Source of the DNA: an uncultured Candidatus Saccharibacteria bacterium
GTDB taxonomy: Bacteria; Patescibacteriota; Minisyncoccia; Phycocordibacterales; CSBR16-119
Direction of reading: 5' to 3'
DNA length: 64,000 nucleotides
Assembly: GCA_964589975.1 (NCBI GenBank)
Contig: CAZPVH010000002.1
Location: 68,217 to 132,216, forward strand
This document shows, piece by piece, positions 58,601-64,000 of the stretch (positions are counted from its first letter, which is position 1; each line of letters starts with the position of its first letter). A model generated the notes under the pieces. That model made no database searches. It saw nothing but the letters and a program-made list of their open reading frames with translations, and was not told the DNA's origin. The position numbers were made by a program, and so were the translations under genes.

Positions 58601-59079
58601 TTGCTAATCGTTCCAAGGGTTGTCTTTAAGATTGCCGCATTGGCCTGATTACTAGCTGTTATCACGCGACTTCCTTGTACATACATATAGGAACTATTGC
58701 CAGAAAAGCCGCTGGCGGTTCCAAAGATACTGTGATTTCCCCCCACGTCAGTAATATTTACCCACGCCGCCTGAGTAAAAGATGTTGTCGGGTTGTTTAC
58801 CGGCGTAACAAAATAATCTTGAGCTGATGCCTTTGTAAATTTTGCGACATTACCGCGAGTCCCATCAGAATAAGCAACTACCCCTGTACCCTTTGAAGCA
58901 TCGTTGTTATTTGAACTAACATCATTACCAAGGTCTGATGTATTCTCAAAATCATATTTAAAAGTAAGATTCGAAGTTATATCGGGAGCAGCCTCAGCAA
59001 TTTTAGGCGAGTCATAAAATGCGCTGCTGATAAAAGCAAGCACAAGTAAAAAAGATGTGATTTTTTTCACAATTGGCAT
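52612..59079 (-). CDS. Giant surface protein: LamG, FN3, SGNH/SASA-like esterase, many Ig-like (Big) repeats, C-terminal peptidoglycan-binding domains
   Basis: WYHIA..YN...IYVNG/GYLDNVRQYSRALT; VTGL.NG.SYDFRVSA; GQSL, HGETD, DGGH; P.DNATGV Ig repeats; DGAFG..T..AV..FQ; likely ATG at 59079. Confidence 0.88.
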   Translation of the reverse strand: MPIVKKITSFLLVLAFISSAFYDSPKIAEAAPDITSNLTFKYDFENTSDLGNDVSSNNNDASKGTGVVAYSDGTRGNVAKFTKASAQDYFVTPVNNPTTSFTQAAWVNITDVGGNHSIFGTASGFSGNSSYMYVQGSRVITASNQANAAILKTTLGTISNNTWYHIARVYNSTQGKLYIYVNGVLWRVGTVVAPASNRVIFGSYNQPITFNSSTSTLAMGGYLDNVRQYSRALTEEDIRNIYFTEGGTVSTPTNVSAYPLDNGVSLIWDEGPVTDYVIEYKLSTDSSWTTFSDGTSTHHGTIVTGLTNGLSYDFRVSATDGSTTSAASSTVTSTPVARGLWVPLFVHDSSGGAVFSSATRFSEAKLTNASAANPLTQSKFSVLSHVENFRDSGDSDKMTFKIMYPDFDSEDSTIWKQSSNPADDTTDNNAGVTGYSEILMDYYLSGPDFIGLEYNNSTGGPVFIDGGISSTAWFAIGQSSLSAYNGTNGYSPNDFQGPQGLGVNQVQLFVKNPNYAGVAEKPLNVRVIPGNNQAYIYWQSVIADPVVTDYKIEYKLSSSGTWLTFADGVSTTLHSTVTGLSNSSSYDFRVSAVNSSGDGAVSDTVTKTVGAQIFYQILSNGQSLALGSKGTPPISNKQPYDNFMPYGDPAITNNAGPVGKDSPLIPLVETFEYLSEGLLETPSSGIANTLAAFDDAVSPSRRFVIGLHALGGSGYSVIKKNGSGSAASYGRGQTQASVSKTYVENTFAGIYRPLASTLVHGETDAALGNGSGNPSAYEGYLSEMQQDYESDFNTLTGRNDHIPLFYSQQNSAYPHQMAVAQLRAHRTYDDDIYLIGPTYQYPYAVDGGHLQAMSYRRLGEQFAKVMNQVLFENEDWDPLMPKVVARNGSNVYVWLNVPVPPVVFDTTNVVQRTDGKYGFEFIQTGGTTTLSSVSIVDDDVVKAVLSGTPDGTTPRLKYAAQILNASYQGDPTNASKSGGNMRDSDASVSPSSDSSGYPLYNWGVSFDETITTDSSAPVVTINAPTKSSPATITNTTIQVIDDVAVIAEDVTVAGSTTAGTSGFACTQTSNTQVDCVVNITSSGDLVINAVDLVERTGSNTEAGYSISSDSTAPTITNVSSDKANGSYTVGEVIDIDVTFSESVTSTGNVTVTLETGATDRTCTFAVSASTTGTCNYTVQSGDASSDLTVNSISGTIADGAANAMSNFAPATNLASNKAIVIDTANPTVSSLSPLDNATGVSATANLVINFDAPVDAETGNITIKKTSDDSTIETIDVAGGFVSGSGTSTITINPSVTLAGETEYYILIAATAFYDTAGNSYAGIASTTSWSFTTADVTAPTVTNVSSDKSNGAYTIGEVIDIDVTFSESVTSTGSVTVTLETGATDRTCTFSVSGASSGTCNYTVQSGDTTPDLTVNSISGTIADAAGNAMVSFGPATNLASNKAIVIDTANPTVSSLSPSDNATGVSISSDLSILFDAPVDAETGNITIKKTSDDSTVETIAVGSGAITGSGTNTITINPTADLSSATEYYILIAATAFDDTAGNSYAGIASTTSWSFTTADVGAPAVAITAPTKSSNAVITNTTIQATDDAGVLVADVIVAGSTTAGTSGFSCTQTSATVVDCTINITSSGNLTINVEDSANNTGTDTEIGYVIDATAPAVDITAITKSSSASIADTTILVTDNIGVSAADVSVDGATTAGTSGFSCVQTSATQVDCSIAIDSTGNLIISAEDSLGNTGSDTETGYLIDQNPPSITINAPTKTSNGTITDTEVHIVDDEEVLVAGVSIGSGTTADTSSFVCSQTSATVVDCTLDITSSGNLEIEAEDSLSNTDSATENNYIIDTIDPAVTITPVTLTAAGSITDTTIRVIDDIGLASSGVSVAGGTTAGLSGLSCSQTSATQVDCTITITSSGALSIEAEDSVGNVGIDTQAGYVITEPVIDEPVVISSGGSSRASRSALSTNTGSPQSNPASPAAENNCQPVTITSAYVKLGDRGANVVKVQKFLLSKGYAIGVADGAFGAKTKNAVIDFQKKNGLVADGVVGKATLSKTKPIFCSGSVLGAVAEIAEVSSCQFSQAKKGDKGENVKLIQQFLSDEGYLKVVPSGIFGPATEEATKKFQSAFASEILAPAGIKSPTGWFYGNTIKKAKELCS

Positions 59080-59126
59080 CGCCCTATGATAACTTTTTTT
59101 AAGCACAATATCCAATCCAAGAAATA

Positions 59127-60158
59127 CTAGATAGCCCTTGATTTCTTGTAGTTTTTCTTGTATTGGCGGCCATGCTTTTGCCGATCAGTGCGAATGAAAA
59201 AATGATTGATGGCACGAGGCATCCTGTCAAGCACTCGGCAAGTACGTGAACAATATCCATCGAGTCTCTTCATACATCCACTGCATCCGATAAAGAGTAT
59301 GTGGCAAAAAAGGTTTCGGCAGTGATGATAGTCGTCTGATTTTTCTTTGTAGCACAATTGGCAGTCAGAAATTATTTCATTACCAATTTTCTCACCCAAG
59401 CGCTCATCAAAGACGAAATTCTTTCCGCGAAATTTATTCGGCAAGCCCTTTTCTTTGACCTCGTGTGCGTAGCCGATAACTCCACCTTTAACATGCGCGA
59501 CATTCTTGAAACCCTTATGTTTCATCCACGCGCTCGCCTTCTCACACCGAATTCCTCCAGTACAGTAGAGCACGACTTCTTTGTCCTTGACATCCTTGAA
59601 AGTATCTTCGACTTTCGCCAGCTGTTCACGGAACGTGTCTACAGGCATGATTTTCGCATTTTCGAAATGTCCGATTTCTGCTTCGTAAAGATTGCGCATG
59701 TCGATAACCGTAACACCGGCGTCAATTTTTTTATTGAGCTCTTCAGCGGTTACATACTCGCCAGTGTTCGCCGGATCAAATGTTGGGTCTTCTATTCCGT
59801 CCGCGACAATTTTCTCTCGAACTTTCACAATGAGTTTAATAAAAGAAGACATGCCCTTTTCTTCGACAGCGAGTTTGTATGGGACCCCTGAAAACTCTGG
59901 AATACCCTGAATAAATTCATCAAATTTCTGGAAATTGTGTTCAGGCACATTCATCTGAGCGTTGATGCCTTCGTGAGCAACATAAATTCGTCCGAGACAT
60001 TTCATCTCTGAGAGCTTTTCGAATAGGAAATCCCGCATCGCTTTTGGGTCTGCGATTTTCACATATCGATAAAAAGACATGGTTCTACGGCGAAAATCCT
60101 CTCGGGCAAGGTCTGCCATGAGCTCCTCTTTAGACTTTAGATTTGCCAATAGATTCAT
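59127..60158 (-). CDS. trhO: Rhodanese-domain tRNA uridine(34) hydroxylase (YceA/UPF0176 family)
   Basis: SFYRY, GRIYVAHEGINAQ, DMRN.YE..IGHF, YCTGGIRCEKAS, GKNFVFDERL; likely ATG at 60158. Confidence 0.92.
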   Translation of the reverse strand: MNLLANLKSKEELMADLAREDFRRRTMSFYRYVKIADPKAMRDFLFEKLSEMKCLGRIYVAHEGINAQMNVPEHNFQKFDEFIQGIPEFSGVPYKLAVEEKGMSSFIKLIVKVREKIVADGIEDPTFDPANTGEYVTAEELNKKIDAGVTVIDMRNLYEAEIGHFENAKIMPVDTFREQLAKVEDTFKDVKDKEVVLYCTGGIRCEKASAWMKHKGFKNVAHVKGGVIGYAHEVKEKGLPNKFRGKNFVFDERLGEKIGNEIISDCQLCYKEKSDDYHHCRNLFCHILFIGCSGCMKRLDGYCSRTCRVLDRMPRAINHFFIRTDRQKHGRQYKKNYKKSRAI

Positions 60159-60235
60159 AAGAAAGATATTACCAAAAATGAGAGAATTGACCAGTATCCC
60201 CCTTTCATATAAACTTTCAAAAAACCTGCTCCCAG

Positions 60236-60694
60236 ATGAACCAAATGACGATTGATAACTGGCCGATACTACATGGCTGCACACTCACTGAAGAGGTCTC
60301 CAGCGAAGGAAACATGGTAAACATCGATGTCCTGAATGGAACTAACCCGACAGAGAACTTTTTCCTTTCAAACGAAGATGTGGGTGATCACCATGCTGGC
60401 ATCGGAATGTACACAGCATTTGCTGAGGGTCGTTATCCAATTCCAAAACATTGGAGAATTCCGGGGCTTACCATCATCTTCAAAGGTGCCAAAGTTAGCA
60501 TACCTGACAAATCCGAGCGGTATGTCGCCGCCATGATGTACATCAAAGGTCTCATCCACGACAGTCGAGAACCAGACGCAGAATGGTTTTTTCGAAAAGT
60601 ACTGATTGGGCCAAGTGGTAAGCCCGTCATGCATTTCGGTAATGATGATCTTTCGGCCTATTACCGCTACTTGGTATTTAGAGCCCCAACGTGA
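60236..60694 (+). CDS. Hypothetical protein, monocistronic unit
   Basis: 152-aa ORF ending at hairpin GAAGTCCCGC-CTA-GCGGGGCTTC. Confidence 0.65.
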   Translation: MNQMTIDNWPILHGCTLTEEVSSEGNMVNIDVLNGTNPTENFFLSNEDVGDHHAGIGMYTAFAEGRYPIPKHWRIPGLTIIFKGAKVSIPDKSERYVAAMMYIKGLIHDSREPDAEWFFRKVLIGPSGKPVMHFGNDDLSAYYRYLVFRAPT

Positions 60695-60757
60695 GAAGTC
60701 CCCGCCTAGCGGGGCTTCTTCTTTATAAAACTATGTGTTATTGTCGAAGAAAAATAC

Positions 60758-60871
60758 ATGGAAGAAAAAGAAGGAAACATCCGCAAAGCAACAACTTTCG
60801 AAGTCGTTGTCACTCTCACTGCTGGAGCTTTTGCCTTAGCCTTTGCGATACTTGCAGGAATCTTTGGATAG
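60758..60871 (+). CDS. 37-aa single-TM small protein (below the ORF-track cutoff)
   Basis: MEEKEGNIRKATTFEVVVTLTAGAFALAFAILAGIFG*; TG-T-TATTGT -10, A-rich leader, GAAGCCCC...GGGGCTTC hairpin overlapping the stop. Confidence 0.6.
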   Translation: MEEKEGNIRKATTFEVVVTLTAGAFALAFAILAGIFG

Positions 60872-60894
60872 AAGCCCCGCTTGAGGGGCTTCTT

Positions 60895-63879
60895 TTATTT
60901 CGCTTTCTTGTAAATCTCTGCCAATTTGCAATACTCGCAAACTTCTCCTACTTTCCAGGGCTTCATAAGACACGGCCTGTCTACCCACTCACCGCTCGCG
61001 AGCGCCTGATCGAAGTCGTTGATATCTTTCAATAGACTTTTTACATCATCCGTTGAAATTTCGGTTTTATATATTGCATCCTTTGAACCCCCGCCCTCGA
61101 GAAACTCGAGTCTCGATTCAGCGACGTTCGTATTCCCGTCCGTTGTTCTGTCGATGAGGTAAGTATACATCGCGAGCTGTCTGTGATAGTCGGACATTCT
61201 GCCTTCATCGGTCGCCTTCTCGATTTCGGATTTCTTCTTCAGCTTGCCAGTTTTAAAATCAGTCACGCGAACAATTCCTTCCTCAATTTTTTCTACCAAA
61301 TCAATTTTTCCATTGATGAGCAGGTGATCAAAATCTGGATCGCGATAAGAAAGAGATCTCTCGCTTTCATGATCTGGTAAAATTTCCGGAAATCTATTTT
61401 TAATCCATTCAGTAATAATTTCTTCGGCTTCCCTTTTCATCCGCGCAATATCTGTGTCAGAAAATCCACAAAGCTTTTCGGCTTTCTCACTTATGGCATC
61501 CGTTATGCTTTTCTTGTCAGTCCCGAGTTTATTCTTCAAAACTTTTTCCAGGATTCCATGAACCAAATTTCCAAACTCGAGACTCATACTCTCCGGCTCT
61601 GGAAGCTGGAGGAAATTACGGAAATACCATTTCCATGGACACTCGAAAAAATTATTTAGATGTGTGACAGAAAGTTTTCTTTTAAAATATTCGTCTTTCA
61701 CGAGGTCAGCAAGTTTACTGACGGTCACCGTGTCCACCGGAGCAACTCCTGATTTTACAAACGTCTCGAGTCCATGATCCATAATGAACTGTTCATTCTC
61801 ACCAGCCGTGACCCGCTCGAATAATTCTGGTGGGAGGTCGGCGATGATGCGTGCGATTTCAAGAGTTGCGCCGTTATATGAATTCAGAGAATACATGAGC
61901 GTACAGTGACGCTTAGCACGCGTGGTGGCGACATAGAGTTCGCGCTTCACTTCCTCTTCGCCCTTCTTATGTTCCATTTCCTTTACCCGTTCTGGCAGAG
62001 TGAAAGCGCTATTTCTCTTGCCGAGCATGTTCTTCTCATCCAAGTGACAGATATACACGCACTCGAACTCGAGGCCTTTTGAACCGTGAAGTGTCATGAC
62101 TTTTATACCATTCGACGAGTCGAATGTGGCTAGCGGAATATCCGTGTCATATTCTTCTAGTCTATCTATGAACGCCAAGAATCCGGCGAGTGTGAGCTTC
62201 GGATTGCGTTCGGTTTCTGACAATGCGAGATGTAGAAGTGTCCGGATGATTTCAATTCTTCGAGTAAGAGTTTCATGATCACCGGCAGATTTTATCAGGA
62301 TTTCTTCGCCAACTTTCTGAACCAATGCGTAGATTTCCCCGCGCGTCGCACACTCGAGAAATGTTTTCAAAAGTTTTCCAAATTCCGGAATTTGGTCGTC
62401 CTCTGGATACAACCCCAAGCCGTCTTTTATAGAAAGGAGTTTAGTAAGTGTGAGTTTACGTGCGTCTTCGGAAACGAGAAATCTATGTGCGACCAGTGGA
62501 TCAATGCCAGAAAGAGGAGAAAGCAGAAGCGGAGCAATCAATTCCGGAGCTTCAGGATTATTTAAGGCACGAATTATAGTAATGAAACTCTGCGCTTCGG
62601 GGTCAGTAAAGAGTTTCGCCGAGCCCGAATTCGCAACAGGAAGCCCGAGGTCAGATAGGACGCGTATCGCACTTCGGACTTCTCTATTCTTTGGAACCAG
62701 AACCGCACATTCGCTCGGATCCATTCCTTCGTCAATATGCTTTTTAATTTCGAGTCCTGCACGCAGAATTTCATCACGCGGAAACTCGGCTTCAATGATT
62801 CGGAGTGCGTGGGAATCCCGAGTATTCGCCAAAAGTTTCGCCTCCGCTAGGCTCGATTTCAAGAGCGCGTCAGCGGTGTCGAGAATTTTCTGTGTTGATC
62901 TGTAATTTTCTGTAAGGGTTACGAGTTTTACGTTACCAAATTTTTCCTTGAAACTTTCAAAGTACGAAAGAGAAGCTCCACCGAATCCATAAATAAGCTG
63001 ACGGTCATCTCCCACGACGAAGAGGTTTGGAGATTCAACATCACCCCAAACCCGAAAGAGAAATTCATTCTGAACACCGGATGAGTCCTGATGCTCGTCA
63101 ACAAGTACGTATAAATACTGCTCACGAATGGTATCCCGCGCATCATCCGATATCCCGACAAGCCTCACTAATTCTTCGAGTACGTCATCAAAGTCGAGGA
63201 AGCCTTTGGCTTTTTTCAAGAGCTCGTAAAGCGCGTAGAATTTCACTACTTCTTCAGTGCGTTCGAGGCCTTCGATTCGCTTCAGGGATTCTGCTTTTAG
63301 TTTACCTTTAGACTCACCACGGGTAGAGATATTTGATTCGTCTTTTTTAATATCATCAATTTCTTTTTGAATCTCGAGAGAAAAATCATCAGGCGAAAGT
63401 CTTTCGCGCTTTAGAAGCGATACGAGTGACTTTATGTCTTTGAAATACTGAGATTTATTATTTCGACTTGTGAGGTGTTCGAAATGGTTGTTCGCAAGGA
63501 TGGAATCTGCCAGAGCAACAGACTGGAGGTCATCAATTAGTGTCGGCTTCTCTACATACCCGAGCACTTCAAAATGCTCTTCTATAAGCTTAACTGCAAA
63601 TGCGTGGAATGTTGAGATCTGAATACGCGAGGCGGCACTCCCAATATACTTTCGTAAACGTTCGCGCATAGCGTAGACACCCGAGTTGGTAAAAGTAAGG
63701 CATAGTATCCCATCAGCCTGAGTGTCGGTCCTCTGTAAGATATTTGCAATTCTGAGGGCTAGAATCTGGGTCTTACCGGTACCGGGACCCGCCACGACCA
63801 TCACAGGCCCTTCTATGGCGTCTACTGCCTCTTTCTGGGCAGGGTTTAGCTTTTTATACTCGGCCTCGAAGCTATTCAT
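60895..63879 (-). CDS. UvrD/PcrA-type helicase fused to a C-terminal PD-(D/E)XK nuclease
   Basis: AGPGTGKT, LTFTN, VDEHQD, VGDDRQ, ENYRS, TLHGSKGLEF, LYVATTRAK; then CPWKWY, GKIDLV, DFKTG, QLAMY, C...CEYC. Confidence 0.92.
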   Translation of the reverse strand: MNSFEAEYKKLNPAQKEAVDAIEGPVMVVAGPGTGKTQILALRIANILQRTDTQADGILCLTFTNSGVYAMRERLRKYIGSAASRIQISTFHAFAVKLIEEHFEVLGYVEKPTLIDDLQSVALADSILANNHFEHLTSRNNKSQYFKDIKSLVSLLKRERLSPDDFSLEIQKEIDDIKKDESNISTRGESKGKLKAESLKRIEGLERTEEVVKFYALYELLKKAKGFLDFDDVLEELVRLVGISDDARDTIREQYLYVLVDEHQDSSGVQNEFLFRVWGDVESPNLFVVGDDRQLIYGFGGASLSYFESFKEKFGNVKLVTLTENYRSTQKILDTADALLKSSLAEAKLLANTRDSHALRIIEAEFPRDEILRAGLEIKKHIDEGMDPSECAVLVPKNREVRSAIRVLSDLGLPVANSGSAKLFTDPEAQSFITIIRALNNPEAPELIAPLLLSPLSGIDPLVAHRFLVSEDARKLTLTKLLSIKDGLGLYPEDDQIPEFGKLLKTFLECATRGEIYALVQKVGEEILIKSAGDHETLTRRIEIIRTLLHLALSETERNPKLTLAGFLAFIDRLEEYDTDIPLATFDSSNGIKVMTLHGSKGLEFECVYICHLDEKNMLGKRNSAFTLPERVKEMEHKKGEEEVKRELYVATTRAKRHCTLMYSLNSYNGATLEIARIIADLPPELFERVTAGENEQFIMDHGLETFVKSGVAPVDTVTVSKLADLVKDEYFKRKLSVTHLNNFFECPWKWYFRNFLQLPEPESMSLEFGNLVHGILEKVLKNKLGTDKKSITDAISEKAEKLCGFSDTDIARMKREAEEIITEWIKNRFPEILPDHESERSLSYRDPDFDHLLINGKIDLVEKIEEGIVRVTDFKTGKLKKKSEIEKATDEGRMSDYHRQLAMYTYLIDRTTDGNTNVAESRLEFLEGGGSKDAIYKTEISTDDVKSLLKDINDFDQALASGEWVDRPCLMKPWKVGEVCEYCKLAEIYKKAK

Positions 63880-63943
63880 GCCTAGATTCTACCATAGCTT
63901 TACAAACCACTATTTAAATTGTACTATCTGAAAAAACGAAGCC

Positions 63944-64000
63944 ATGGATCGAACTACAAAGATAACGTTCATCGCCCAAAGCAAACACAAACACGAATAT
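63944..64000 (+). CDS. Partial ORF running off the window end
   Basis: TTTACA(63899)-17-TACTAT promoter, AAAAAACGAAGCC leader, open frame MDRTTKITFIAQSKHKHEY. Confidence 0.5.
   Translation, partial: MDRTTKITFIAQSKHKHEY

Noticed and set aside
1-64000. Alternative genetic code (UGA read as Gly, as in Gracilibacteria and Absconditabacteria)
   Set aside because: Long core genes are intact under code 11, and TGA ends ORFs directly before terminators (for example 27621, 29505, 44609).

Overview
This 64-kb window looks like chromosomal DNA from a Patescibacteria (CPR, most likely Parcubacteria/Paceibacteria) genome using genetic code 11. The taxonomy is inferred from the hinge-less SMC, the Lys/Ala-tailed RpoD, the single-chain PheRS, the NusB-NUDIX fusion, giant peptidoglycan-binding surface proteins and the absence of biosynthetic genes. 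The backbone carries tsf, tRNA-Thr(UGU), rpoD, dnaG, rpoC, rpoB, trmD, khpA, rpsP, rnr, smc, rnc, nusB, rpmF, gyrB, pheS, trhO and a UvrD-nuclease fusion. Three patterns stand out. (1) About 18 orphan genes sit as self-contained single-gene units (sigma70 promoter, A/C-rich Shine-Dalgarno-free leader, ORF, GC-rich hairpin), often stacked head-to-tail inside conserved neighbourhoods. Several encode Bacteroidota-style exported proteins (T9SS-type C-termini, WG repeats, lipoprotein signals), although CPR cells are not known to have a T9SS. (2) A 112-116 bp element with CCCGTTAGAGAT...ATCTCTAACGGG termini and a covarying 7-bp/3-nt hairpin occurs three times, always at or near a start codon (rpoD, gyrB, a thioredoxin-like gene); one copy has a 6-bp duplication containing the ATG. 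(3) Many core genes appear leaderless, with a -10 box 6-8 nt before the ATG. No CRISPR array, rRNA, transposase, integrase or phage hallmark gene was recognised. All family assignments come from motif recognition by eye; no database search was run.
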